A stretch of DNA of 64,000 nt, from positions 147,570-211,569 of the forward strand of contig CAJIZT010000007.1 in NCBI GenBank assembly GCA_905182015.1. The letters run 5' to 3'. A model generated the notes under the pieces. That model did no database searches, had not been told where the DNA came from, and worked only from the letters and a program-made list of their open reading frames with translations. Of this stretch, positions 11,001-21,064 are shown in pieces. Position numbers and translations under genes: made by a program. Source of the stretch: an alpha proteobacterium MED-G09 (GTDB lineage: Bacteria; Pseudomonadota; Alphaproteobacteria; MED-G09). Within the stretch, counting starts at the first letter, position 1. Each line of letters opens with the position of its first letter.

Positions 11001-11172
11001 ACACATTGATTATAATTTAAACGTCAATTATGCTAATTCCAGGATACGCTTGGGAATAAATAATATTACTGATGAGAGGGCTCCTCTAGCTTCTGATATA
11101 TTTGGTTATTATTTTGATAAGCATGATAATTTAGGTAGATATTATTATATCGACTTAAGTTATAAATTTTAA
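8065..11172 (+). CDS. TonB-dependent receptor
   Basis: DIVVVGSRI, TLVLLNGRR, IERLEILRDGSSAIYGADAVAGVIN plug, GFRAPNL, C-terminal GRYYYIDLSYKF; exact start uncertain. Confidence 0.95.
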   Translation: MKTLKHIRKKMITILSLKEKFNLHHVILIILVLFLPDNVISEEENIIDDIVVVGSRINNERLIKILPVTIIRSEEIELLGIDSGDDLIASLVEQGTNKFNDAGNAIAGVNSARGDMGAFNLRNMGTGNTLVLLNGRRLINSPSFQSESVGGSFVPVNSVNTNTLPVRGIERLEILRDGSSAIYGADAVAGVINVVTKKNIEGFALRVKATSFENFNRSDSQINFEYGSNFNSGNTKLSLIYSYYDRDPVKASEDERMGISNWRDLPQIAGTKWDTTRFRRSSINSPYGQFDVERSVKGFRFFNEQGLTDKSGEFEIFPDTEPKCLVDLKNGACIAADTSTKRYNLNTERWVISDLSRNNLQVNLSHDFTGGVRGFTELSYYSSETKQNNSPSTTFSSSKLIVPESNYWNPFGVKFLPDGTINPNRLNDSDAMGIPDEGLAIIMDNYRFVDVGPRRVNVEKDTYRLLQGFRGAWKGWDWETALFISKASSDDITSNRLSNTLVEESLSLSSPQAYNPFNGGGNYDDYLLYGKDQTSSGEGSIENAIIDVYRKGERELKGWDLRLENLNFLQINSGFIALVTGIEFREDSFKDDRDPRLDGTIQYTDSDGDTYPFVSDVINSSPTPDNSGKRDVFSAFIELAIPLISNEMNIPFVRSLDVQLAGRYEDFSDIGSKAVPKIGIGWQVDDEVMFRGSWSKGFRAPNLIQINESIGARQIYGVDALLCLQQINNNGTIDYCDYSLQKIARGSGELKAEESTNFSIGVVYEPKSIRNLIFTLDWWKIEKEDTIGLFGEDNIMLTDLVLRMESNNLTDCSLVQSSPFVFREDPDEGQIEDYLNAGICPAGRVSRVEESYQNLDTRILSGFDVSLYYSLKSSLGNFKFALNIAKLEEFKQQAGNDFIKLIDAQEKNIIPKELAISGFSDLLEKDGSPEMQASIRFLWSNGPLGLGFFAKHVGEFYETRNRLSDGTLWTVEDYNTINGHIDYNLNVNYANSRIRLGINNITDERAPLASDIFGYYFDKHDNLGRYYYIDLSYKF

Positions 11173-11176
11173 ACTA

Positions 11177-12340
11177 ATGAAAAAAATTCTTTTCTTTATA
11201 ATTTTTTTTTCAATAAATCCCTTATGTGCAGAGAATAATAATCTTAAGAAAGAATGTATTACAGATGTTGTAAAAATAGATTTTAACTTTTCTGGTACAG
11301 GAAATGTGTCGTGTAAAATTATTAACTCCCGCTACATCAAAATCATCATAAAGCCCGAGTTAGATGACTCGATTAATCCAAGCCCATGGTTTAGTTTTAG
11401 GAAGTCAAAACACTCTGAAAGTATAAAGGTAGAGCTAGATTATATGGATTATAGTCATAGGTATTATCCCAAGGTAAGTACTGATAAAATACTTTGGAAA
11501 AGCATTGATAAATCATCTATTTCACTAAGTAAAAAAGATAAAGTTATAGTCATTGATTTTCCACCCTCCGTTCGGCAAGAATATATTGCCTCACAAGAGC
11601 TAGTAACAGAAATCTGGTATTATGATTGGTACGATAAGCTTGAGGGCTCTGGCAAAGTGAAGGCCGAGGTTATTGGATTTTCAGTTTTAAGAAAACCAAT
11701 CATTATGTTCTCTGTGGAAGGTGATACAAAAAATCCCTATATACTTATTATAGGAAGACAGCACCCTCCTGAAGTTACGGGTGTATTCGCAATTAAAAGT
11801 TTTATTAATGAATTAATATCAAGCAATGAGCTATCAGAAAATTTCCTCTCTCAATATAATGTTATTTTTATTCCACTTATGAATCCTGATGGAGTTGAAA
11901 ATGGATATTGGAGATATAATGAAAATAAAAAAGATCTGAATCGTGATTGGGGCAAATTTTCTCAACCTGAGACAATCGCGGTTAACCAACAATTGAATAA
12001 ATTTGTCACCAATAGAAGGCTAATTCTTTTTATTGATTTTCACTCTACATATAAAAATATTTTTTATATTTCTGATACCTTTAATAGCTCCATCAAGAAG
12101 GAATTTTTAAAATATTGGCTAGATGATTCAAGTGCTGATTTATTAAATTTGGGCTATGATTATTTAATTATTAATTCTAAAGCTATAAAAAATGGCGTTG
12201 CAAAAAATTATATTCATAATAAATTTAAAGTACCTTCAGTAACATATGAAGTTTCTGATACTGAGAATAGGGATAAAATTAAAAAATCTTCATCTATATT
12301 AGCAAAAAAAATGATGGAAAATCTTTTAAAATTGGATTGA
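11177..12340 (+). CDS. Exported M14 family zinc carboxypeptidase
   Basis: Signal peptide, GRQHPPE (HxxE), NPDG, DLNRDW, DFHST, TYE. Confidence 0.9.
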   Translation: MKKILFFIIFFSINPLCAENNNLKKECITDVVKIDFNFSGTGNVSCKIINSRYIKIIIKPELDDSINPSPWFSFRKSKHSESIKVELDYMDYSHRYYPKVSTDKILWKSIDKSSISLSKKDKVIVIDFPPSVRQEYIASQELVTEIWYYDWYDKLEGSGKVKAEVIGFSVLRKPIIMFSVEGDTKNPYILIIGRQHPPEVTGVFAIKSFINELISSNELSENFLSQYNVIFIPLMNPDGVENGYWRYNENKKDLNRDWGKFSQPETIAVNQQLNKFVTNRRLILFIDFHSTYKNIFYISDTFNSSIKKEFLKYWLDDSSADLLNLGYDYLIINSKAIKNGVAKNYIHNKFKVPSVTYEVSDTENRDKIKKSSSILAKKMMENLLKLD

Positions 12341-12346
12341 ATGGTA

Positions 12347-12436
12347 TGGCGGAGAGGAAGGGATTCGAACCCCCGAGACGGTTACCCGCCTACACACTTT
12401 CCAAGCGCGCGCCTTCGACCACTCGGCCACCTCTCC
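12347..12436 (-). tRNA. tRNA-Ser(GGA)
   Basis: GGAGAGG/CCTCTCC acceptor stem, anticodon loop TTGGAAA, long variable arm, GTTCGAATC, encoded CCA. Confidence 0.97.
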
Positions 12437-12455
12437 ATGTTATGACATACTACAA

Positions 12456-14258
12456 TTAATTCTCATCAAATTTAAGCGCAGAAATGAATGCCTCCTGAGG
12501 AATGTTTACTCTTCCAAATTCACGCATTCTTTTCTTACCCTTCTTTTGTTTTTCTAGAAGCTTCTTCTTACGTGTAACATCGCCGCCGTATAATTTTTCT
12601 GTAACATCCTTCCTGAAAGGAGGAATTGTCTCCCTCGCAACCACTTTAGCACCTATAGCTGCTTGAACAGGAACTTTAAATTGATGACGGGGTATCAAGT
12701 CTTTGAGTTTTTTGCACATAGCTCTTCCACGCATATCTGCTCTTTCCGCATGTACAATAATTGATAAAGCATCAACAACTTCTGAATTGACTAGAATTGT
12801 CATTTTTACAAGTTTTTCTGCTTTATAAGAATCCATTTGCCAATCAAAACTAGCGTAACCACTTGAAATAGATTTTAAGCGGTCATAAAAATCAAAAACA
12901 ACCTCATTGAGAGGTAGATTGTAAACAACCATGGCTCTATTCCCGGCATACGTAAGCTCGACTTGATCCCCCCTTCTGTCTTGGCACAACTTTAATACCG
13001 CACCCAAGTATTCATCAGGAACTAATATTGTTGCCTTAATCCACGGTTCTTCAATATAGCTAATTAGACTGGGGTCAGGCATGTCAGCAGGATTATGAAG
13101 GTCTATGTAGCTTCCGTCATTAAGGTATATTTTATAAATAACACTTGGTGCGGTTGTTATTAAATCAATATCAAATTCTCTTTCAATTCTCTCTCGGACA
13201 ATTTCCAGATGGAGAAGTCCAAGGAAACCACATCGAAAGCCGAATCCAAGTGCGGCTGAATTTTCAGTTTCATGTTGGAAACTAGAATCATTAAGGCTTA
13301 ATTTTTCTATAGATTCCCTTAGATCTTCGAATTCTCCACTGTCAACAGGAAATAAGCCACAAAAAACTGATGGCTGTGATGGTCTAAACCCCTTTAGAAT
13401 ATCTTTACAGGGCCTTCTGTCATCAGTGATTGTATCGCCAACCTGAGTATCAGAGACAGTTTTGATACCTGCTATTATATAACCTAATTCTCCAGGCCCT
13501 AATCTATTAACCGATACTTTTTTAGGGGTAAATACCCCTATGTCATCGATTTCATACGTACTATTGGTTCCTAACATTTTTATTTTCTGACCCTTAGTTA
13601 GCTCCCCGTCAATAACCCTTACTAAAACAACAACCCCAAGGTAAGAATCATACCAGCTGTCGACTAAAAGTGCCTTTGTGGGTTCATCAGTAGAGCCAAT
13701 TGGAGGATTTAATCTATTTATTATTGCTTCAAAAATATCATCAATACCTTCCCCGGTTTTGGCGGATACAAATATCGCATCAGAAGCATCAATCCCAATC
13801 ACATCTTCGATTTGTTTACATACCTTTTCAGGCTCTGCTGCCGGAAGGTCTATCTTATTTATTATAGGAATAATCTCGTGATCTAACTCAATAGCTTTAT
13901 AAACATTAGCAAGAGTTTGTGCTTCTACACCTTGTGTTGAGTCAACTACTAGAATTGAACCCTCACAAGCAGATAGTGACCGGCTAACCTCATAAGCAAA
14001 ATCAACATGTCCAGGGGTATCTATAAGGTTTAGTTGAAATATTTCATTATTTTTCGCTTTATATTCGAGTCGAACAGTTTGGGCTTTTATTGTAATGCCC
14101 CGCTCACGTTCAATATCCATAGTATCCAGAACTTGTTCTTTCATTTCTCTTTCTGTTAAACCATCGCAACTCTGTATTAACCTATCAGCCAATGTTGATT
14201 TACCATGATCAATATGAGCAATTATTGAAAAGTTACGAATATTTTTAATATCTGTCAT
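12456..14258 (-). CDS. lepA: Elongation factor 4
   Basis: [54 protein letters not shown]. Confidence 0.99.
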   Translation of the reverse strand: MTDIKNIRNFSIIAHIDHGKSTLADRLIQSCDGLTEREMKEQVLDTMDIERERGITIKAQTVRLEYKAKNNEIFQLNLIDTPGHVDFAYEVSRSLSACEGSILVVDSTQGVEAQTLANVYKAIELDHEIIPIINKIDLPAAEPEKVCKQIEDVIGIDASDAIFVSAKTGEGIDDIFEAIINRLNPPIGSTDEPTKALLVDSWYDSYLGVVVLVRVIDGELTKGQKIKMLGTNSTYEIDDIGVFTPKKVSVNRLGPGELGYIIAGIKTVSDTQVGDTITDDRRPCKDILKGFRPSQPSVFCGLFPVDSGEFEDLRESIEKLSLNDSSFQHETENSAALGFGFRCGFLGLLHLEIVRERIEREFDIDLITTAPSVIYKIYLNDGSYIDLHNPADMPDPSLISYIEEPWIKATILVPDEYLGAVLKLCQDRRGDQVELTYAGNRAMVVYNLPLNEVVFDFYDRLKSISSGYASFDWQMDSYKAEKLVKMTILVNSEVVDALSIIVHAERADMRGRAMCKKLKDLIPRHQFKVPVQAAIGAKVVARETIPPFRKDVTEKLYGGDVTRKKKLLEKQKKGKKRMREFGRVNIPQEAFISALKFDEN

Positions 14259-14290
14259 TGATGAAGGTATATCATAAAAAAAAATTAAAA

Positions 14291-16672
14291 CTAGCTACGC
14301 AATTTTCCTTTGGTTCGATCTTCGACTGACTTAATAATCTTTTGTGAAATAGTTTCTATTTGAGTATCAGTTAAGGTATCTTCTTTTGGCTGTATGATGA
14401 CCTCAATAGCTATCGACTTTTCGTCATCACCGAGGAATTGATCAAAAATTCTTACATCCTTAATAAACCTCTGGTCACTTTGCCTGGCTGCTGTAATTAT
14501 CGTTTGAGCTTGTGTATCATTTGAAACTACAAAAGAAAAATCTCTCTTTAAGGATTGTAGATTTGATATATCTGGAGCTGCATTTATTTTTGTTTTGAGC
14601 TTTTGATCACCTATTGAATCAATATAGATTTCAAACGCAACAGCAGTTTTAAAATCCCTATCTTTGATAATTTTTGGATGGAGCTCGCCAAAAGATGCTA
14701 AAATATCACCTCCCCCAGTAATGATTTGACCCGAACGGCCAGGGTGATAATGTTTAGGAGCTGTACGTTCTACTTTATTACTATTAAGATTTAAATTTAA
14801 TAACTCTAGAACTGATATTACGTCTTCCTTAACATCAAAAACATTAGCATTCTCAAACCCTCGCCAATCCTTTCCGGATCCTTGACTTCTATGTGTTCCC
14901 ACCCTTAATCCTGATGCTATTGTAATTTGATTCTCTGGTTCAATTCCTTTAAATCCCGGCCCCACTTCAAAAATTCCAATATCTTGATAACCCCTTTTAT
15001 AATTTTGATCTGCATAAGTTACTAGGGAGGCGAGAGGAGTTGGACGCATTTCTGATAGTTCATCTGAAATCGGATTCATGATTTTCAAACTACTACTACC
15101 TCCTCCAAACTCTATGGCATCCCTACTATTAACAAAGGAGTAAGATATAGTTTCCATAAGACCTCTCGAGGCAATAGCTCTTCTTGCCATTTTAGTCTGC
15201 TTTTGTTTTTTTGTTAAAATGGGCTTTGATGGTTGATCGTAGTTTAATAGTGGTTCAGATTTAATATTACTTAAACCAAAGATTCTTACAATCTCCTCCA
15301 CAAGATCAGCTTGCCCAAAAATATCTGGACGCCAAGAGGGAATGATCACATTCCATGAATCTGATACATTGAAACCAAGGGACGTAAGTATCTTGACAAT
15401 TTCTTTATTTGGAATCTCTATTCCTGTTAATTTACTAACAAGCTGTGGGTTAAATTTTATTTCCTTCGATTTAAATTTTAAGTTATCAACCATAGAGACT
15501 TCTCCTGCCTCACCGCCGCATAAATCTAATATCATTTGGGTTGCTAAATTAAGCCCTTCAACCACATATTCAGGATCAACACCTCTTTCAAACCTGTAGC
15601 GTGAATCTGAAACAATATTTAATGTGCGTCCAGTTTGTGCAGTTTTTATGGGGTCAAAATAAGCAGATTCTAAAAAAACATCTGTTGTTTTGATTTTTGA
15701 GCTAGATTCTTCCCCACCCATAATTCCACCAATTCCAAGTATTTTTTCGTCATCAGCAATTACACACATTCCTGGTCTTAACTCGTACTCCTTACCATCA
15801 AGTGCTAAGAATCTTTCACCATTTTTTGCATCTCTAGCTCCAATTTGATTAAAAATTTTATTTGCATCATAGACATGTAAGGGCCTTCCTCTATCAAAAT
15901 TAATAAAGTTTGTTATATCTACAAGGCAGTTAATAGATTTCAAGCCTATTGATTCTAAGCGCCTTATAAGCCAATCGGGACTTTTATTATTTTTAATATT
16001 TTTTATTAATCTACCTGAGAATATTGAACATCCACTATCATTTTCTTGATTATCTGCGAATACCGAAATATTATCCTTTAGTGAATCAATTTTATTTGTA
16101 TTTTTTTGTATGAGCCTTCCTAGTCCTGCAGCAGCTAGGTCTCTTGCTATCCCATAAACACCAAGGCAATCGGGTCTATTAGGTGTTATTGCAATTTCTA
16201 TATGAGTATCATTTATATCTAAAGCTTGAGCAATGGGAGTTCCTGCCTTCATCTCATTAGGTAGCTCTGTTATACCTTCTGAATCATTCCCTAGGCCAAG
16301 CTCTTTTTTAGAGCAAAGCATTCCTAAAGATTCGACACCTCTAATTTTTACTTTTTTAAGCTTTAAGCCTGACTCAGGTATAGTACTTCCTATTGGCGCA
16401 TATATAGTAGTTAGATTTTCTATTGCATTTCTTGCGCCACACACAATCTCTATTTCTTCAGTTCCTGTGTCAACTAAGCAGAGTTGTAACCTATCTGCAT
16501 CTGGATGTGACCTTGTAGATATAATTTTTGCTACGATAAAATCAGTTAAACTTTCGGCTGGATTATAAGAATTTTCAACTTCGAGTCCAATATTAGTCAA
16601 TGTTTTTAGTATTGTACCTGTATCAGCATTAGTATCGAGATGTTGTTTTAACCAAGATAGTGTAAATTTCAT
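14291..16672 (-). CDS. pheT: Phenylalanine--tRNA ligase beta subunit
   Basis: [32 protein letters not shown]; downstream of pheS. Confidence 0.98.
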   Translation of the reverse strand: MKFTLSWLKQHLDTNADTGTILKTLTNIGLEVENSYNPAESLTDFIVAKIISTRSHPDADRLQLCLVDTGTEEIEIVCGARNAIENLTTIYAPIGSTIPESGLKLKKVKIRGVESLGMLCSKKELGLGNDSEGITELPNEMKAGTPIAQALDINDTHIEIAITPNRPDCLGVYGIARDLAAAGLGRLIQKNTNKIDSLKDNISVFADNQENDSGCSIFSGRLIKNIKNNKSPDWLIRRLESIGLKSINCLVDITNFINFDRGRPLHVYDANKIFNQIGARDAKNGERFLALDGKEYELRPGMCVIADDEKILGIGGIMGGEESSSKIKTTDVFLESAYFDPIKTAQTGRTLNIVSDSRYRFERGVDPEYVVEGLNLATQMILDLCGGEAGEVSMVDNLKFKSKEIKFNPQLVSKLTGIEIPNKEIVKILTSLGFNVSDSWNVIIPSWRPDIFGQADLVEEIVRIFGLSNIKSEPLLNYDQPSKPILTKKQKQTKMARRAIASRGLMETISYSFVNSRDAIEFGGGSSSLKIMNPISDELSEMRPTPLASLVTYADQNYKRGYQDIGIFEVGPGFKGIEPENQITIASGLRVGTHRSQGSGKDWRGFENANVFDVKEDVISVLELLNLNLNSNKVERTAPKHYHPGRSGQIITGGGDILASFGELHPKIIKDRDFKTAVAFEIYIDSIGDQKLKTKINAAPDISNLQSLKRDFSFVVSNDTQAQTIITAARQSDQRFIKDVRIFDQFLGDDEKSIAIEVIIQPKEDTLTDTQIETISQKIIKSVEDRTKGKLRS

Positions 16673-17754
16673 TTTTTCAGACCTCTTGATAGGGTTGGTA
16701 TATCAAGAAATGAGAATCCATAATGATTTAACCACCTTACGTCGCCATTAAAAAATGTTCTAAGATCAGGTATGCCATATTTCAATTGCGCCAGTCTATC
16801 AACGCCAAGGCCAAATGCAAAACCTTGATATTTGTTAGGATCAATGTTTGCTGCTTTCAATACTTCACTGTGCACCATTCCAGCGCCCGCAACCTCGAGC
16901 CAGTCAGAGCCTTCGCCAACCTTAAGGACCGAACCAGACCTATCACATAAAACATCAACCTCAAGAGATGGTTCGGTAAATGGAAAATAACTTGGTCTAA
17001 GTTGAATTTTTATAGTGTCTATTTCAAAAAAAGATTTAAAGAATGTTTCTAGAGTCCACTTTAAATGACCGAGATGAGTTTTTTCATCCACTACTAAGCC
17101 TTCGATTTGATGAAACATGGGTGTGTGTGTTTGATCGGAATCACATCTATAAGTTCTTCCTGGTGAAATAAATTTATAAGGCGGCTCTTCTTTTTCCATA
17201 GTCCTAACCTGAACAGGGCTTGTATGTGTTCTCAGAACAAGGCTTTCATCGTTAATGTTTTTATTGGGCAAGTAGAAAGTATCATGCATTTGTCTTGCTG
17301 GATGAGATTCTGGAATATTAAGAGCATTAAAATTATAGTGCTCAGTCTCTATGTCTGGCCCCTCATTTATCTGATAACCAAGAGAGCCAAAGATTTCTGA
17401 TATTTCATCCATAACTTGTGATACGGGATGAATTTTACCTGTTATAGTTTGTTGGGCTTGAACTGGTAAGCTTACATCGACCCTTTCTTTAAGGAGTCGT
17501 TTATTTAATTCAACATCAACTAATTCATTTTTCTTTTTTGAAATTGAATCAGAGATTATATTTTTAAGGTTATTAAGCTTTGAGCCCTTTTCTTTCTTAT
17601 CTTCAGGGCTTAAGTGGCTAAGTTCTTTCATTAATAATGAAATACGGCCTTTCTTACCTAACTCTTCAACACGAATCTTCTCAATGATATCTTGATCATT
17701 GGCAGAGTTAATTGCACTTAGAATTTCTTTTTCTAGTATTACAGTATCAATCAT
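16669..17754 (-). CDS. pheS: Phenylalanine--tRNA ligase alpha subunit
   Basis: HPARQMHDTF, LRTHTSPVQ, FPFTEPS, GFAFGLG. Confidence 0.99.
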   Translation of the reverse strand: MIDTVILEKEILSAINSANDQDIIEKIRVEELGKKGRISLLMKELSHLSPEDKKEKGSKLNNLKNIISDSISKKKNELVDVELNKRLLKERVDVSLPVQAQQTITGKIHPVSQVMDEISEIFGSLGYQINEGPDIETEHYNFNALNIPESHPARQMHDTFYLPNKNINDESLVLRTHTSPVQVRTMEKEEPPYKFISPGRTYRCDSDQTHTPMFHQIEGLVVDEKTHLGHLKWTLETFFKSFFEIDTIKIQLRPSYFPFTEPSLEVDVLCDRSGSVLKVGEGSDWLEVAGAGMVHSEVLKAANIDPNKYQGFAFGLGVDRLAQLKYGIPDLRTFFNGDVRWLNHYGFSFLDIPTLSRGLKK

Positions 17755-17813
17755 TAAGTTTCATCCAAGAACTATAAATGCATTAAATAATGAAGTTTAA
17801 CACAAGTTAAGTT

Positions 17814-18170
17814 TTATTTTAATGAAGCTTGAGCTTTTTCTACTAATTTTTGAAAAGTAATAGCATCAGATATTGCAAGTTCTGCAAGAACCTTCCTATC
17901 AATTTCAATACCAGCCTTAGTTAAGCCATTAATAAATTGTCCATATGTTGAACCATTTAAACGTGCCGCAGCATTTATTCTTTGTACCCATAAAGATCTA
18001 AAGTTTCTCTTTCTAACTTTTCTGTCTCTGTAGGCATACTGACCTGCCTTCTCAACTGCTTGATTGGCAATCCTGAAGGTATTTTTTCTTCTTCCCCAAT
18101 AGCCTTTAGCACTTTTTATAATTTTTCTATGTCTAGCGTGACTTGCTGGACCACCTTTTACACGAGCCAT
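17814..18170 (-). CDS. rplT: 50S ribosomal protein L20
   Basis: [32 protein letters not shown]. Confidence 0.99.
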   Translation of the reverse strand: MARVKGGPASHARHRKIIKSAKGYWGRRKNTFRIANQAVEKAGQYAYRDRKVRKRNFRSLWVQRINAAARLNGSTYGQFINGLTKAGIEIDRKVLAELAISDAITFQKLVEKAQASLK

Positions 18171-18180
18171 CTCAATCTCC

Positions 18181-18378
18181 CTATGCGTATGGCAGGAATT
18201 TTTTTACAACCCTGCTGTCAGAATTGGAAAGGATTGTAGTCCCTCGTTTATTCCGGATTTGTTTTGGACTTTTGTTAATCATGCCATGTCTCTTACCGAC
18301 CTGTGCTCGACTAACTTTACCTGAAGCTGTAATTTTGAAGCGCTTTTTTGCTCCACTTTTTGTCTTTAACTTGGGCAT
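18181..18378 (-). CDS. rpmI: 50S ribosomal protein L35
   Basis: [21 protein letters not shown]. Confidence 0.99.
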   Translation of the reverse strand: MPKLKTKSGAKKRFKITASGKVSRAQVGKRHGMINKSPKQIRNKRGTTILSNSDSRVVKKFLPYA

Positions 18379-18423
18379 TTTGCATTCTCCTATATTTAAA
18401 TATCATTGAAGGAATAAGCTTTT

Positions 18424-18468
18424 TAGATAACCACGGCATGCCCTGCCGGATCATCTACAGGTGGTTTA
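18424..18468 (-). promoter_or_regulatory. Structured 5' leader of rpmI-rplT (candidate L20 autoregulatory element)
   Basis: GC-rich hairpin UAGAUGAUC-CGGCA(GGGCA)UGCCG-U-GGUUAUCUA in an AT-rich spacer ~45 nt before the rpmI start. Confidence 0.55.
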
Positions 18469-18502
18469 TATTACTTTTAATATTATTTCAACCAAAGAAA
18501 TA

Positions 18503-19039
18503 TTATCTAGGTGCTAAAACCATAATCATCTGTCGACCCTCAAACTTAGGAGCGAGTTCTAATTTGGCAATTGGCTCTATTTCGTCCTTAACTTTTTGTA
18601 ACAGGGAAGTACCTCTGTCTTGGTGGGCCATTTCTCTTCCTCGAAACCTAAGGGTAATCTTGACCTTATCACCTTCCGATAGAAATTTATGAACACTTCG
18701 CATTTTTACTTGATAATCATGGACATCTATATTCGGACGAAGTTTGATTTCTTTGATGGCAATAGTTTTTTGCTTCTTTTTTGCTTGGTTGGCTTTTTTT
18801 TGACTTTCGAATTTATATTTCCCGTAATCCATCACCTTACAGACAGGTGGATTTGTCTTGGGGGATATTTCAACAAGATCGAGTCCTTGTTGTTTCGATA
18901 CTTCAATCGCCTCGGGAGTTGATACGTTTCCTCTTTTTTCACCAGAAGCATCTATTAATAAGACTTCTTCTGCGGTAATTTGTTCATTGACGCGCGGTCC
19001 TTTGGAGGAAGGCGGTGTCGAGCTATATTGTCTACTTAT
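18503..19039 (-). CDS. infC: Translation initiation factor IF-3 with non-canonical ATA start
   Basis: Frame open upstream of the called ORF (GPRVNEQI...GLDLVEISP...[11 protein letters not shown]); ATA at 19039 preceded by AAGGAG; 178 aa. Confidence 0.95.
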   Translation of the reverse strand: MSRQYSSTPPSSKGPRVNEQITAEEVLLIDASGEKRGNVSTPEAIEVSKQQGLDLVEISPKTNPPVCKVMDYGKYKFESQKKANQAKKKQKTIAIKEIKLRPNIDVHDYQVKMRSVHKFLSEGDKVKITLRFRGREMAHQDRGTSLLQKVKDEIEPIAKLELAPKFEGRQMIMVLAPR

Positions 19040-19107
19040 GGATTCTTCTCCTTTTTTATTAAATTTAGTCCCTAAGATTGCTTTCTACACTAGTCATGTC
19101 AAGAAAT

Positions 19108-20286
19108 TCATTTAGAAATTAACAATCTATTATAAACCTCTAGTGTTTTCTTACACATACTTTCAAGTGAAAAATTATTTTTTACATTTAGAATGGCTCT
19201 TTTATGGATCTCTGATAGTTCAGATTCTTTCATCTGTAATACCAATTTTATTTCCTTAGCAAGCGCCTCACTATTGTTTGGCCTTACCTTAAACCCAGTA
19301 GAATTTAAACCACCCTTTATAGTATCTTTTACGGCACCACTATTACTTGAAATTATTGTTTTTCCAGAAGCTTGAGCTTCTATAGGGATTCTTCCAAAAG
19401 GCTCTGGCTCAATAGAGGGGGATAAAATTATATCAGATGCTCGATATGCTAAAGGCATATTTTCAACTTTACCTATTAACTTTATTTGGTTTTCAATTGA
19501 ATAAGAGGAAATCACTTTCTTAAGCTCCTCTATATACTTATCACTACCTTTTTGTTCCCCAGCAAAAAGACAAATGATATCAGAGAAAAATTTCTCTTCT
19601 TTCAGGGAGTTGATTGCCTTGATTGCAATTAAGTGACCTTTCCATTTTGTTAATCGAGCAGGTAAAAGTAGTATAATTTTTTTTGGGTCAACGACATTCC
19701 ACTTTTTTCTTATATTAATAATCTGTTCTTCTGAAAAGTTCGATTTTTTAAAGTTTCTAATATCTACGCCTCTGGGTATTATATCGATGCTGCTGTTATC
19801 TATACCATATATTTTATTAATTCTTTCTGCTGTATATTGAGAGTTTGCTATTAAGGCATCTCCTTTGCACATGATGGAGTTATATTTCTTCTTAAACCAG
19901 GACGATTGATTAACATGACCGTGCCATGTCGTGATGACTGGTATACTTAAAATTTTTGCAGCAAGAATTGCAGACCATGCCGGACCTCTTGATCGAACAT
20001 GAACAAGGTCAATTTTTTTTTCGATAAATATTTTTTTAAAAACAAAAATATTTTTTATAATTGAAAGTGGATTTTTTCTATCGATTTGACGCTTGATTAC
20101 TTCTATGTTTAATTTTTTAAGATCTTCAGTTAGTTTTCCTCCAGAGGTGAGGACAATTGATGAATAATTAGTGTTTTTTAGAAATGCGGTTATCTCTATT
20201 ACAGTTCGTTCGGCTCCACCTATTTCCATATTAGGAATTATTTGTAATATTCTTTTATTTTTATTATCAGAATCTGAATTTGACAT
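19108..20286 (-). CDS. GT4 family glycosyltransferase
   Basis: GGAERT, HVRSRGPAWS, EPFGRIPIEAQASG (ExxxxxxxE). Confidence 0.93.
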   Translation of the reverse strand: MSNSDSDNKNKRILQIIPNMEIGGAERTVIEITAFLKNTNYSSIVLTSGGKLTEDLKKLNIEVIKRQIDRKNPLSIIKNIFVFKKIFIEKKIDLVHVRSRGPAWSAILAAKILSIPVITTWHGHVNQSSWFKKKYNSIMCKGDALIANSQYTAERINKIYGIDNSSIDIIPRGVDIRNFKKSNFSEEQIINIRKKWNVVDPKKIILLLPARLTKWKGHLIAIKAINSLKEEKFFSDIICLFAGEQKGSDKYIEELKKVISSYSIENQIKLIGKVENMPLAYRASDIILSPSIEPEPFGRIPIEAQASGKTIISSNSGAVKDTIKGGLNSTGFKVRPNNSEALAKEIKLVLQMKESELSEIHKRAILNVKNNFSLESMCKKTLEVYNRLLISK

Positions 20287-20299
20287 ATAAAATACACCT

Positions 20300-21064
20300 A
20301 TGAAAAAAATACACGATACATTAAAAACCGCAAATGATAATTCTATAGCGTATATTTATGATTATAGCCTTGATAATAAATATAATCTTATTTGGTTTGG
20401 GGGGTTACACTCCCACATGCATGGGACTAAAGCTAGTGCAATTTCTAGTTATGCAGAACAAAATGGTCTTAATTTATGTAGATTCGATTACTCTGGTCAC
20501 GGAGAGTCATCGGGAGAATTTAAGGATTGTAATATTTCTGGGTGGATAAATGATAGTTTATCAATTATTGACGAAATTTGCCTAGGACCACAAATTTTTA
20601 TTGGATCTTCCATGGGCGGATGGCTTGCCTTACTGACAGCACTCAAAAGAAAAGATAAAGTTTCTGGTATTATTTTATTGGCTCCAGCAGTAGATATGAC
20701 GGAAATTTTAATGTGGGATAGTTTTAAAGAAGATGAAAAAGAATTGATTTGCAATCAAGGCTATTTAGAGAAATCTTCTGAAGGGTATGATTCAAGTTAC
20801 CTTATAACATCACAGCTAATAAAGGATGGACGTAAACATTTGTTATTAAATAATCCCATCATCTTAGATTGTCCGATAAAGATTATTCATGGAATGAAAG
20901 ACCAATCTGTTCCTTGGGATTTGTCATTAAGGGTAAGTGAATCTTTAAGCTCAACCTCTGTTGTAAAAACCTTTATTAAAGATGCTGATCATAGTCTTTC
21001 AAGAAAAGATGATCTTAATTATTTATTTCTTTCAATTAAAGAAATGATCAAGATTGCCTATTGA
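20300..21064 (+). CDS. Alpha/beta hydrolase (ABHD10-like)
   Basis: RFDYSGHGES, GSSMGG nucleophile, HGMKD, DHSLSR. Confidence 0.9.
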   Translation: MKKIHDTLKTANDNSIAYIYDYSLDNKYNLIWFGGLHSHMHGTKASAISSYAEQNGLNLCRFDYSGHGESSGEFKDCNISGWINDSLSIIDEICLGPQIFIGSSMGGWLALLTALKRKDKVSGIILLAPAVDMTEILMWDSFKEDEKELICNQGYLEKSSEGYDSSYLITSQLIKDGRKHLLLNNPIILDCPIKIIHGMKDQSVPWDLSLRVSESLSSTSVVKTFIKDADHSLSRKDDLNYLFLSIKEMIKIAY

